Of a stretch of DNA of 64,000 nucleotides, positions 1 through 21,017 are shown piece by piece (positions within the stretch are counted from its first letter, which is position 1; each line of letters opens with the position of its first letter). The position numbers and the translations under genes are program-made. Origin of the DNA: Bugula neritina (Eukaryota; Animalia; Bryozoa); contig OZ037772.1 of NCBI GenBank assembly GCA_964035545.1, positions 11,840,818 to 11,904,817 of the forward strand, in the 5' to 3' direction. The notes beneath the pieces were generated by a model. It was not told the origin of the DNA. It saw nothing but the letters and a program-made list of their open reading frames with translations, and ran no database searches.

Positions 1-20
1 TATTTGCAAACAATTTTAGA

Positions 21-2580
21 TCACAGTTAGTTTAAGGTCATTACTTTCCAGATTCACGCACTGCTTTATGTTATATATAAACGGTTTCCAGGGGATAGCT
101 CGAACAGTTTTTGTCTCACATTAACAAATTTAACATGAAAAGATAGCTCTTGCATTCCTCTTTCATATACTTTTTTAATTTTTTAATAAAAAATTTTCTG
201 AGAAAGTTGTTGCATAATAAGTAAAATATTACACCCTCCATGTTCCACTGCTGTAGCACAGGGGATTCATTTTATAAAGTCTAAAAGTTAAACTTGACAT
301 TCCTTGATATGTTTTCTCTAATATACTTTCTTTGTTTTTTGAAATTCTGTTTATGCTCTTCACAATTTGGTAAAAACATACACCATTTTGCAAGTTTCAC
401 TGCAATTTTCTAAATTCTTCATATGGTGGTTCTAGCTACGCTCCTGTGACTAATTATAACATTCCTAGTACGTTTGCCGCTCTGCGCTATCACAATAACA
501 TATAGTACCCTCTCGCACAAATTGGCAATCTATTGGATTTCTGCCAATATAATGTTCCCTGTTTTACATTAGCACTTAGCTGAATCATCTCACTATGTTA
601 CAATAATATATTGAAAATGCCTCAGCACAACATAATTCTTTGTTTGTTTGGCAGAGTTAATTTCAGCTAAATCACTTCACGTTGCAGTCTTGTCAGTAAA
701 GGTCTGTCTAAAGGGCAGCAGGTGTACTTTCAGTTTCTCTAATTCACATATGATTATTTTAAGTACATTCTATAACATCAATTTAAGGTTTAGTCCAGTG
801 TTCAGTATCTAATTATTATGCATGTATGTTGTCTTACTGTTGAACAAAAGTTAAAAAAAAACTTTACAATTATAGCCATATTTATTATACATGCGTAGGA
901 TTTGCATAAGTTGACAAAAAAAATTGCAACAAGACAGGGTTGAACCATGACCAACCAACTCCTCGCTGACGCCTCTAACCTCTGGACCACGCAATCATCG
1001 TTCGTAAGAAGCGCACTATATTACTAACTATGATTACATAAATATTTCGCGCGCAAATGGGTTATAATTATTAGGCTGTCAATTCATGTTGATAGCAGTC
1101 AACTGTTGCAATAGTCTCGGGTTACTAGCAAAGCTAATGGTTTTGAACAAATAACCCAAAAGTTTAAAAATAAGTAGCTTGCGTATTACTAGCTACAAAA
1201 ACAGGTCTGAAATAGACTGATAAAGCAAGCTCTTATTGTAGAGTTTGCAGATGTGCTCTAAAATAAAACTTAAACTGTATGCTATTACATAAGTATTTGT
1301 ATGCGAGAGATAAGTGGACATTACTGAGTTTCTGGAAAACAACATACTTGAAGTTAACTTTGACAATGGTGTGTTATTTTCATCATAGCTAGCCTATAGC
1401 ATAAATCTCTAATCATATGAATCTTTATGAAGCCCACAGCTCATGTAAGGGTGGCAAATGTAATTTGAAACGAACAATTATGTTGCTGCATTGTGTCTAA
1501 GGTATATTAGAGAGCAGAATTTGGTTTTACTAGCCTACCCCAACGGCATCTACAATGCAGCTTATATGCTGGCAGTTGTAATAAGTACTGCCAATAGCAA
1601 GGTTACTATCACTGCTAGCTCTGTGCAGTATGTAACCTCTTGAATAATTGCGCCAATTTTAAACTCTTGGAAGTTGGCCAAGTTATCATATCGCAGCCAG
1701 CCACCGGAGACAAAGCATCAGAGCTATTCATATAATATTATACTGATGCACTCGGTAGCAGAGTGGCTAATCTAACATAGTTCATAGTTCAACACCCTTT
1801 ACTTTGGGAATACAGCCTCTTTTTTTAGGTTTACCTTACAAAGCATGAAAATATCTAAACTGATATTCTGACAATTTAGAGGTACATTTTGAAAACTAGG
1901 TTAATTGCACTTGTTTGCACAACAACAATAATAAAAAAGATATTATGCAGTATAATAAAAACACACATAATACTATATAATATATTATAATGATAATAAT
2001 ATAATATTATAAGTACCATTACTGCATTTTATAAATCACATGGTTGCCAAAAAAATGTATCACAAATTTTGTAATTATGCATCAAAAATAGAACTAGCTA
2101 GGCAGCAGGTTAGAATAGAGTAAATTTTTAAAACATGAAATCATGATTTGACTATTGTTTTATTTAGGCCAACCAACCTAGGAATACAAGATTGGGTTTT
2201 AGCTGACAGTTTATAACATTTAGCTTTTGAGCCAGCAGCACTGGCACTTGTGAAGTATAGGCAAAGTTAGTGAAGCGAGACTAACGAGCACTCAAATACA
2301 ATGCATATTGAGACACAATAACAAGTCAGGAGCGTATAAATTGAAAAGAATGTGGAAGGGGGACTATGTTTTTCAACAAGCTATAACTTAAACATGAATT
2401 GGCTTTTGAAAAAAATAAAAAAGTATATTGGAGAACATAAGTTTCTTTATCTTTTCATATTTTTTTTGTTCCTGTGACATTCAACCTGTTCGAGCTATCA
2501 GTGGAACATTGTTCATATAGAACATAAAGCACCTGGCAAAGAGCCAGAAAATGAAAAGTATGACCTTAAACTAGCTGTGT
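21..2580. mobile_element. Degenerate non-autonomous TIR element (~2.55 kb), probably intronic
   Basis: 21-120 (tcacagttagtttaaggtcat...gctttatgtt...gatagctcgaacag) is an imperfect reverse complement of ~2475-2580 (ctgttcgagctatc...aacataaagc...atgaccttaaactagctgtg). No transposase ORF or clear TSD seen. Confidence 0.55.
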
Positions 2581-2653
2581 GACTCGACATTAAGCAACCA
2601 TGCTTCAAGGAATGGCAGCTTTTCAAGGAACGGAATCTCTTTGCAGAATGCAG

Positions 2654-5600
2654 ACCGTTCAACAGTAGGAGGTAAATATTGAAAATGCATGAATCAGTTT
2701 ATTAATATTATTTTGACAGGTGGATGGATAATATTAAATCATTAGAGCAGCAATTTGATGAGACCAAAGATAATGACATATTTAAAAGTCTTCCATCACA
2801 AAGAGCTTGTTTTTATATCATTGAAAGCCTTATGATTTTATGACTCAAATAAATGCATTATTTTCCTTTTTGCTGCATGATCAGCTTCAAATTAGTTTAG
2901 ATTTAAGCCTAAACTTCTTTCTAATTTTTAAGTTTATGTAGTGCAAAGTGCATATTAATTTAAGTTCCCCGTCAATATATCAACGTGTCATGTTATTATA
3001 GTTACAACTTTTGCTAAGGCTTTGCTTTTTTGTAGCCGAAGCATTATTTTATGTAACTATATGTATAGATAATTTTTATTCACGCGCACTTCATAGGGAA
3101 ACTAATATTTAAATATGAATTTTGTTTGATGTTGCCAAAAACATTTAAGCGTCTTATACAATCAATTTGAACCGGTGAATATATTCAAATGAATTTAAAA
3201 TAATTTTACTTTTAATCAGTGTTTCTTCAATTTTTGTTGTACAAATAATAAATTTTAAATCAAATTTATTAGGTATGTAAACCTTTGAAATAGCGCTTGA
3301 ATTATAACTGTATTTACACTGTAACTAAGTCATATTTAAATATACTTGTTTGGTAATTAAGATATCACAATTTTTATTCTATAAAATGTGTGCATTTATA
3401 CAAATTGCTTGAAATGAACTTAAGCTGGTTTTCATATGACCTAAAATTCTATATATTTTGAGAATATTCAAATAGCACCACTTATTTTCCCCCTGAATAG
3501 CTGAGAGAGATTCGATTCAGAGGAATTCAAACAGAGGTGAAAATCGTAGGATTAGACACAGCAGCTCTAATGCAAGCAGATTTTGTGAGTTGGGAAAATC
3601 ACTAACACGTTATTATTTTAATTTTTAATATAATACCATTATATATATTTTGGTCAATTGGACTGCTGCAAACAATAATTTTTTAGCAAATAATTATTAA
3701 TATAAATAAAAATTTAGTTAATTAAATAAATAAATAAAAATAGAAACTAAATAAAGATAATAAATGAATAAAATTGTCAAGTTGTATAGCTATATAGACT
3801 CTAATTTTGCTATATAACCGTAATATATTATGATGAGAGATGTTTTGATATGTGATATTGTAGACCCTAACGCTCCACCTCCACAGTATCCCGGGACAAG
3901 CAGGCAAATAGGTCAGTAAATGAGAGATGCACATATGTATAACATCATTTTTGAGTAGATTATAGAAATAAATTTGCAGCAATATTTATGTTTCATGCAG
4001 TTAGCACATGGGTTACAAATTATATTCATTATATATAGACTATAATATAACTCATTATAGGGGTTTGAATTATGTTATAGACTGTAATTCGCAATATTTA
4101 ACTGTTTATAATGACAGCAGTAGTTTAATTCATGTGGTATTTTTAAAAAAATATTGTTTTTTTTATAATTTAAGTTTGAAATCTTTTTTTAGATAATAGA
4201 GGCTTTAAAGCACCCACTCCTGCTCCGAGAATCATCAAAGGTAAGTCAACTAAATTGTTTGCTTATATTAGCAACTTATGAAGAGTTGAGTTTGAAATAG
4301 AGAAAAAGCATAATAAAGCAATTTTTATAGCTTCTGCATTTAAAAGTTAGTGCAAAACGAACTTGTTCTTTTAAAAAAATTTTAAATATTTGAAAAATTA
4401 AAAGAAATTTTTACTTTCATCTAAAAATTTTATAGTCTTTAATTAGTAAAATTTTGTTTTATTTTAATTTAAATGCTATACAAGTTTAAACAAATTATGT
4501 GTGCAGTTTTATTATTAAAAGTAGAACAACTCCTATGTATATATTATAACTTGCTGGGAGTGGCCAATCTGCTATGATTGGCCTAGTTGGGATAAGGTTA
4601 TATCATACATTGATAAAAGCATTGCCCACCTTATAAATATTTACCACTATTGCTGAGTTTCTAAAATGCCTTTTAATTGTTGCAGAGAAAAAGTGAAAAT
4701 TTGTAACAGCAATCACCCTTTTGTTTCATTTTGTAGAGGAGAGATTTGAGGGTTGTTTTATGCATCCAACTCCAATGACTCAACATAGTTCAGGTAATTG
4801 GTAAATGGTGTAAGATAGGTAAGGTGAGATGAGGTGCAGTATACTGCACCTCACCTCACCTTACCTATCTTATAGGGTAGGTAAAAGGTAGGTATTATAT
4901 ATAAGGTAGGTAGGTATATAAAGGTATAGGTAATGTAAGGTATAAGGTATGAGTTTTTGACAATGTTATTATATCATCATATAAAGCATATTTAAATGCT
5001 TTTCCAATTATTTTTGAATAAGAATAACTGATACAATTAATATAGGCAGTTGAAGACTAAGCCTAGGGCCACACGGTGCGTATTTTTTGAAATCACAAGT
5101 AGCAAAGGTGTCCACTGTAGCGTCAGTGATGCGTGATAAATAAAGCTTTCATTTTTAAATCGCACTGGCTTTCAATAGAACACAATTTGCTGGAATGTAG
5201 CACTAAAGTAAAGAAATTGGGCTCGCTGAATAGCTACCAGCCAATTAGGTGACGATGACAGAGACGATTCGCACTTGTCGCTCAGCATTTTCAACGCAAG
5301 TGCGAACGTTTTCTCAACGCGCACAGTGGACACCTTTGCTACTTGTGATTTCAATTTTCGCATGCGAAAATACGCACCGTGTGGCCCTAGGCTTAAGGTT
5401 TAGACTGATATGTTATAATTAGGTTAGTTTTAACTAGTTTGGTTTTGAAGTGATTGCATCACGTTTGCATTAGCAGTTTCTATACTAATAACATTTAAGT
5501 TTGTTTGAACAAAATGTTGGTTATTAGTTTGTTGACAACACAAGTATTCATAAGGACTTTGTTACTTGGTCAACTCAAAACTTAAACTGTAAGTCATGCA

Positions 5601-6836
5601 ATTTTTTATAAATGTACAAAAAATAATTATATATACTTACAAGTTCTTTAAAAAGAAGTTTAGTCATGCGTGATATCTAATAATTTAAAAAAAGAATTAA
5701 TTAATCTGATTTTACTATATTATGCTTTTGGCAGAAAGCCTTAGGCCTACTTTCTGGTGAATATAATAATTTTATGCTAGAATATTGAAGTGATTTTGTC
5801 ACTTAAAATTTGCTATGCATAAAAGTATACTTTTTAAAGCATTTTTATAGTCACTGAAATAATATATTTATTCTACAATCTATTTTATGTATAGGGCCTG
5901 CAGCAGATACTTCTTCACAGCTAAGTGATAGGGCACATCAGACGCAGCTAATTCCTGTGACTCGAAACACTACAGGTATATAGCAGAAAGGAGTTTTAAA
6001 TCTACGTACTTTATAAATTTTCTACTACTTTGCAAACGCCAAGTTTTATAAAAATTTACATAATTCAGATTTTGAGGATTCAACAGTCAAAAAGCAAATT
6101 TAAAAGTGCTTTATTTAATTTTTTAAGCCTGAAAATTCTCATTTAAATTATTTTGATTTGCAGACTGGTTTATGATCTATTATAGTAATGCGTTTTAATT
6201 TGTTTTAACTATTTGCAAACTATTTTTAAATTGTGCAAAATTGCAAGTGAAAAAATGTGTGAAAAATGCTGGGTTTTTATATCAGTCTAAAAAATTAGCT
6301 ATTGTGTATATAGTATAGTCATAATCCACAACCCAAATAATAGCTACGGCACCAAAATATGATCACTGCATTTGTTGCAAATTTAGTTTTTGTTTTGTGT
6401 AAAACAGCAAAATCTTATATAGAACTTAAGTTGGAATAATTTCCTACTTATGTTTTGAGTTGCAAAGCTGTATAGCCAGTGCTAAATTTGTCAAGTGCAT
6501 CAACAGTATTTGTGCAATTTTCATGAACTTTGAACTTTGTAAAATATAAACTTTTCTGCAAGTAAATGATAACTATAGGTATGCAGAATGCACTACAGAC
6601 CATTTTCTCTTTTTGTTATAGACAGTGAGAGAAGTGTGTGCTCCCAATCTCAGCCAAAGAATGGTATGTTTATTTGAACAGCTTTTAATAGCAAATCTCT
6701 CCTTAATTTGTCATCTTCTAAACGTATCAAGTTGTGATTTTGTTTTGCAGAGTTAGAAAACAATGATAACAACATAAAGGCACAAAAGAATATTTTTCCC
6801 AACGATTCTGACAGTGTCAAGTGGGAGAGTGATTGA
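2654..6836 (+). CDS. 3' part of an unidentified multi-exon gene; low-complexity C-terminal region with a PPxY motif
   Basis: AG/GT-bounded exons 2654-2671 (acceptor less certain), 3501-3584, 3864-3911, 4193-4240, 4737-4793, 5895-5975, 6622-6663 and 6751-6836 (TGA) splice into one open frame: ...DRSTVG AERDSIQRNSNRGENRRIRHSSSNASRF YPNAPPPQYPGTSRQI DNRGFKAPTPAPRIIK EERFEGCFMHPTPMTQHSS GPAADTSSQLSDRAHQTQLIPVTRNTT DSERSVCSQSQPKN ELENNDNNIKAQKNIFPNDSDSVKWESD*. All internal exons are multiples of 3 and phase 1. Confidence 0.7.
2738..2830 (+). repeat. Dispersed repeat fragment, second copy at ~18026-18112
   Basis: tagagcagcaat..tgatgagaccaaa.ataatga.atatttaaa.gt.ttccatca..aagagcttgtttt is shared between the two sites. 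Confidence 0.65.
4811..4872. repeat. 62-bp spacerless palindrome followed by AGGTA-rich degenerate repeats
   Basis: taagataggtaaggtgagatgaggtgcagta|tactgcacctcacctcaccttacctatctta; 31-bp arms with 1 mismatch. Confidence 0.9.
5058..5395. mobile_element. MITE (~340 bp)
   Basis: Terminal inverted repeat taagcctagggccacacggtgcgtatttt / aaaatacgcaccgtgtggccctaggctta, plus a subterminal IR gaaatcacaagtagcaaaggtgtccactgt / acagtggacacctttgctacttgtgatttc. Non-coding. Ends resemble PIF/Harbinger-type MITEs, but the superfamily is not established. Confidence 0.85.
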
Positions 6837-7984
6837 CATTCTAATATACATAAAAACTTTCTTTAAATATTTTTCGATAATGTAAAGAAATAATTCAAAT
6901 ATAGTATTTTATAATAATCGAGCTGGCTAAAGGTGTTTGAAAAAAGTAATTATTAAAAATTATAGGTTTCAAATATTATGAATATAATTACGGTTTCTTT
7001 ACATATTGTTAGCATAAAATGTGTTTAAAATAGTATAATCGGTTTACTAATGTCAATTGATCAAACTAGTTGATAAACTTATGTATATATATGACCATTT
7101 TGTAGTATAATTCAGTCTTAACGTAAGTTTTATATAGATATATTTTTAATTTTAACTATGCTACAATCTTAATAATATTATTGTGAAAATTAATGTCATA
7201 CATAATTCTGACAAATATTTTTTACTCTTAGTAATCAAATATCTTATAAACAGATTATTTAATGTTTGCCTGTTTCACTGTAAAGTTCTGCAACTTATTT
7301 TCATTATTTATTGAATATTTCTTTATTACTTCAAGTTTAGTGATTTTGCTTTTCTACATCATGTCATGAATTATCATGTTTATGTCACTATTTATTCCTT
7401 TTGTTACTAATATTTCAATATTCTTTCAAAACTATATAACATTTAAAATGATGATATGTGAGGTTCTCTATATATGCAGTAATCTGTTATTGAACTCCAT
7501 CAAGTATACTTGAATATAGACTGTTGATAAGAGAAAACTACTGCATGCTTTCAGTACAAGTTCAGTTGAATTGTTAATTAAATATTAAATATTAAAATAT
7601 AAAAATTATTACCAAGCTCCCTGGAGTCTACACTTATCAAAACTGTAAATGTAATTATACAAATGAACAAACTAGTTGCACTGTTAAATGGACTCTATTA
7701 TACATTGCTATAATTTGTAATAGTGGAGGTAGCAAACACTTGTCCCCTTCAGCCAGAACAATTCGTTATTAATTGCCAACAGTGCAAAACTAGTGATGAG
7801 TTTTATAGCTGCATGCTGTGAATCTTAGAGTTAACAGTTTTATAATTTCCTAAAAAGTTTGATTATCATAAGAACGTTGTTTTGCAACCACAACCTATTT
7901 CAATGCAAATAATACAATCGTATATTATATAATATTATTACGACTCACGATATTGTTCGTTCGCGGTTGATACCATTCAGATTT

Positions 7985-10900
7985 TAGGGTTTATCTCCCT
8001 TGCCAATAAATACGTATCTTTGTATTAAATGGTATTTTTAATTGGAAAAATATTAGAATAATGTATCTACATGTTTTTGTAATTAAAATAAGTGTAAAAT
8101 AAATTTGAATTACAATTTAAACAAGTTATACATTAATATACAAGTATAATTAGCATTGCACACCGTTTACTAATTAAAATGGATTCAACTATGTGCGATT
8201 TGATTTTAATACGAAAGCGAATATAGCGCGCATTAGCATTGGCACTGATCATCTAACATGTGTAATATAGCTCCAAATAAAGTAAATTTCCATTTATGTA
8301 CATCAGTCAACTTAGTGATGCAGCTTAGGTTACCTAGTAGAATCGTACATAGTGTCATAAGTCGCACCCTTGGCCTATGGTCAATACAGTGTATATCACT
8401 GCTGGTACTGTTAAATACAAAGCAAATAGTGTTCATTGATGCATCCTTCTGGCTACAATTTTGTTTAATATTAGATATAGATGACAGATTCCACCTATTT
8501 GCTATTTACTTTCATTCTTGATAAAATAAACATGCAACACTGAATATATATTTTTAAAACCATTTGTGACAGTTTGACTCGAAATATGCTCTGCATCAAA
8601 AACATGATATCACTTGGCCCATACAGAACATGCTTCACTCACTAATTCTGTACAAACATAGAAATAACTCTTCAATGCAGTTATCAGCTGTAATCTACAC
8701 TTCACAGCATAAAACTTCAGAAAAAGCGCTTTCTATGTTACTATTAAACTCACCAAATTAACTAAAGCGGTCTACAGTACAGATATTGCTGTAACTAAGA
8801 ATATTTCTTCACAGGTGAAATCAAGTATAATGTAATGATGCACAAAACATAGTCTTTCTGTTTCTAATAGATGAGCACTATGTTGCCACAATAATGTTGA
8901 AGATCTTCTCGAATTAAAGTTAAAATGGTATATTTTACAATAACCTAGACAAAAAATTTAGCAAAATGTCTTGAAGTTTCATCTTTAAACACTCAATATT
9001 TTGAGGATGTATAGATTTTCCTTTATGCTTCTAGTTTTTTAATATGCAATTAGATTTTTCTCTATATTGATGCTAAAATTCAATTTGTTTATTTTATAAA
9101 AATGATGTTTTTATTACAGGAAAACAGTTTAGGAAAGAGTATTAAGTAAAATGCCTTTTTTCACAATAAAGAGATATAGAAGTTGGATTGTCTTATGCGA
9201 CTATGTGTATTTCCAGCTGAGAAAAAAAAACAGTTGGGTTCTTCTAATACAGATGTAAAAGTAGCCCAACGAAATTGACAATTTCACTGAGGTTGATGTA
9301 CCAGCTCACTTTTTAATCTTATATACTAATATAATTTTGAAAATTTATGACTTATCTCCACATACATTTATTTAAATTTTATTATATTATAATATTTTAA
9401 AAATAAACATATTATGCAAAAAAACAATGTTTAAAACATTAAATAAACTTTGAAAAATTAATTAATGTTGTAAAATGTAAAAGATTCTATAAATACAGCG
9501 GTTTTAAATTTTACACACTTGAAATTATATTTTACTAATTCGACTAGGCATCTGTGAAAACATGAAATGATCAGAATGTGTTTATAATAGCACATGATTA
9601 CTGCAGCACTTTTCATCTGGTGCATCGGTTATCCAGTTGCAAGGGGTAGTTAGCCACCCTGAGCTAATCAGGGGCTCACTCCAGCAACTGAGGTGATCTG
9701 GTGTGTCAGTTGCAAAGTTGCAATACAGGCAGTTTGAGTGCAGTGGTGTAAATTTCTCAAGTCTAAGGAGTACTACTTCTAACTTGAGAATAATAGGCTG
9801 CTGCACTCAATCGCCCTCAACAGGGTGCTGCTTGTAAAGCAATCCTGCAGCTATGAAAATTTGCATTTAGTGTAATGCAACACTCTATATACTATGCCAC
9901 ACGTAAATTCCAACTTGTCCCTCCCCAATCTAATTTGAGAATACTAAAGTCTAGAGTATCAAAATGAATATACAGCACTGAATTATTTTCATAAATAAAT
10001 TTGATCAGGTTCCTGAATTTTCTCACGCTGCCGCTGGCTGATCCAGCAGGCTCATTTTTGTGGCTCAAAATTTGCTAAAATCAGGTGCAGAGTTGTGCCC
10101 TCGTGCAGGACAACTCTACAAAATACCTTAAATCTGTGCAAAAATTCGCACAGAACCGCAAAAAAATACACAAAAAGGTACTTTCTGCCATCCTAGTGCA
10201 CCAGAATGGACCCAAATGCACAAAAGCAGTAAAATCCTGGATGAAATGAGAAAATCCGCATAAAATTTCAAGAAATCGCATAAAAATGGCTTTTCCTGCA
10301 TTCCACGTTTTCATACTTTAGTAGCACCACTACTGTAGCAGTATTGCAAGAATTGAAATGTCAAATCTAGAAATTTTTTCCCGCTTTACAAAATACGATT
10401 TTGCTGAATCTTTTGCTTTTCAACCGGTGGTTTCAATTTGGTGTACTGATTCTCATTTTTTAGTGTTTTCACAGTCTTGTTGGTCGATTTCATTGATTTC
10501 TAGTCATTTAGGCTTCATGCTGAAAGCCTGGATGGTTTGAAAAGCGATTTTTTGAAATTTTATGCACTAGGATGGCAGAAAGTACCTTTTTGTGTATTTT
10601 TTTGCGGTTCTGTGCGAATTTTTGCACAGATTTAAGGCATTTTGTAGAGTTGTCCTGCACGAGGGCACAACTCTGCACCTGATTTTAGCAAATTTTGAGC
10701 CACAAAAATGAGCCTGCTGGATCAGCCAGCGGATGCGTGAAAAAATTCAGGAACATGAGCAAAATTATTTATGAAAATAACTCATTTTGATATTCTAGAT
10801 GGGTATGCAATATCCCCAAATTGGATTTTACGTGTGTCATAACTTACACAGTGGTGCATTACAATAAATGCAGCTTTTTATGGCTGCAGGATTGCTCTAC

Positions 10901-12660
10901 AAGCAGCACCCTGTTGAGGGTGATTGAGTGCAGCAGACTACTATTCTCAAGCCAAGAGTTGTATACCTTTGACTTGAGAAATTTTTACTACTGCACTCAA
11001 ACTGCCTGTACCGCAACTAGCACACCAGATCACCTCAGTTGCTGAAGTGAATCCCTGATTAGCCCAGGGTGGTTCTCTACCCCTTGCAACTGGATAACAG
11101 ATGCACCTGTGGATATGTGCTGCAGCATTCATGTGCTATAATTAACACATTCTGACCAATTCACGTTTTCACAGATGACTAGTCGAATTAGTAAAATATA
11201 ATTTCAAGTGTGTAAAGTTTAAAACCGCTGTATTTATAGAATCTTTTACATTTTACAACATTAATTAATTTTTCAAAGTTTATTTAATGTTTTAAACATT
11301 GTTTTTTTGCATAATATGTTTATTTTTTAAAACATTATGATATAATAAAATTTAAATAAATGTATGTGGAGATAAGTCATAAATCTTCAAAATTATTATA
11401 ATAATATATAACATTAAAAAGTGAGCTGGTACATCAACCTCAATGAAATTGTCAATTTCGTTGGGCTACTTTTACATCTGTATTAGAAGAACCCAACTGT
11501 TTTTTTTCTCAGCTGGAAATACACATAGTCGCATAAGACAATCCAACTTCTATATATGTTCTTTTTAATTAACAAAACATACATCTAATATTTCTGCTAA
11601 CTGCTTTTTTCAGAGTGACTACAAAATAAATATTATGGAGAGAATCTTGTCTATATTCGAAAGCAAAAAAGGACATCTACTCAGTCATTATATTTTCTCA
11701 GATTTAAGAAATTTTGTGACTTGAATAATACCACAAAGGTAAGTTTAATAAGTTTTATACTGTAAAGTGCAACTTACAGCTGATGTAGCACGTTCTGTTC
11801 AGAACTTAGAGGCAAATAAGAACATGTTGACTTGATTTTGATGCGAGTTTATGTTATACGAATATTACTGGATGGGTGTTTCTGACTAAAACCTTCCTTT
11901 AACTGAAAGCGGCAATGATTTTATATTCCACCTCAAGTTACCTTATGTGGGATCACGTTTCCTATTAAGGTCTGTGCCACATTCCAAGTGAAAATGCCAC
12001 ATATTATTTTAGAAATGCATCAGCCCACATAAAATTGATGCTTTTATTTACATTAATTTTTTATCAATAGTGAAAAGTAATATTGCTAGACTTGGTGTCG
12101 TAAGATAGGCAAAGTGGGTTGCCCCAGAAAGATAACCATTCATACAAAATTAGTGGCAGACTAAGCTACTATGAGTGGAACTAATCATATTCATTGGAAG
12201 CAAGCGCAACGGACTTTTATTAATTTGTATTATGACAGTACCAGCAGTGACATACACTGTCTGGACCGTAGGCCAAGGGTGCGTCTTGCTACACTTAGTA
12301 CGATTCTACTAGATAACCTCAGCTACATTAGTAAGTTGACTGAACAACTTAGTCTGATATTTACCTTTTATGCAACTTTAATAAGGTTAGCTAATTGGCT
12401 AGTGTGATATTACTTGTGCGCTATTCACCCACTCTGCCCCTTTTGAAATATCACATCGTAACTAGTTAAATTCATTTTAATTAGTAAACGGTGTGCAAGA
12501 CACGCTCCATTATCATAATGTAACATAATCAGCTAATTTAGTGTGTTATCCATTTTAAATATTTATTTTAATTATCTGAAATACAAAATTTAAACATTTT
12601 TTATTATTATGCGACTTTCTACAAAATGTACTTTCTATATATCAAGGGAGATAAACCCTA
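7985..12660. mobile_element. Large foldback / long-TIR non-autonomous element (~4.7 kb)
   Basis: Termini tagggtttatctcccttg / caagggagataaacccta. Inverted blocks ~8150-8410 vs ~12230-12500 (diverged) and ~9174-10200 vs 10563-11555 (largely near-identical); central spacer 10201-10562. No transposase recognised. Confidence 0.85.
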
Positions 12661-13882
12661 AATGTTTATTGGTTGGAGCTTAATTTTTATTTTCAAATAA
12701 TTGAATTAAAGACACTTGCGACTGTAAGACTATTAAAAATATATTATTTATTGCTTTAGTGATCTTTAAAAAGTCAAGACAGACTCTTTAATTCTGAGAT
12801 AGCAATTATGTGTACATATTTATACTGTGTAATAAGGTATAGCATAATATTATAATAATCATAACTTGCTTTCTCCAGTCATTGTTTGGTGAGATAATAT
12901 CATAAACAGAACAAAATATCAGAGCTTGTCGTTTTTAGCTAGTTTAATAAAATATGCAATGAGATGATCAAAGCAAAGGAATTCATTAAATTCAATTATA
13001 TCTTAATTAAATACTACAATAAATTGTAATGCAATTATGAATATCCAGCATTAGCATTCTAGTCGCTAGCATTGTTTACCAGTCAAGCACTGAGTAACAT
13101 TCCTTTAATTAAGTTTACACACTTTTATTCCTATTTTTTTTACTTGACTAGTCGCCGGTGAAAGTTGTTACAATTCAGAGCAAAATATTTATAGCTCGCG
13201 ATTGCTATCCCCCAGCATGTTGTCATGTAACCCAGCTGTGGTGAGCTCACCAAATGGCTCAGTGCTGTAGATACTTTAACTGCTGCATCATGCACTCACA
13301 GTTACAACACACTCCACAACTGTTTTTATGTCAGAATCAAAGCCCTGCCTTATAATCTAAGTAAAGACTTATTGACCATGCTTAATGGTAACAGCTTCGG
13401 AGTAACATTGAGTCAATTTACTTGCAGTGAATCGTACAGCAGATTTCTCAACAAACAATATTACCAGGAGCATATTTTCACTTCAGAGTCAAATAAACTT
13501 TTCTAAAAGCTGCAACTTTGCTATTGAAAGGCACAGCAGACCCTTCATGATGGTAGAGTCAACGCAGAGAGAGAGCAGTATCTTGTGAAATATGCTTTAT
13601 TGGAGACATTGAATGAATATGACAACGTTGAGCAAGTAAAAACATTATTCAATCTCACACATGTACAAATAAAATACAACATATTTATTATCTCAACTTA
13701 TATGGACAACAAAAAAATTAAACAAAAACCCGACAAATAAAAAAATATGCTTCCCTCTAGTTTTTTCCCATAAAATATGGTTTCAAACGAAAACTGAGCC
13801 AAGCAACACCTGGGAGTATTATATGAATTGCCACAAGAGGGGGGAGAGGAGGAGAGAGGGTGGAGAAGGGGGAGATGGGGAA

Positions 13883-21017
<7,135 letters not shown>

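Noticed and set aside
655-721. Possible extra exon of the first gene
   Set aside because: 67 nt breaks the phase-1 symmetry, the donor is weak, and it lies inside the inverted-repeat element.
8233-12407. Short ORFs within the foldback element as a transposase
   Set aside because: No DDE or other recognisable motifs; the paired ORFs only mirror the inverted repeat.
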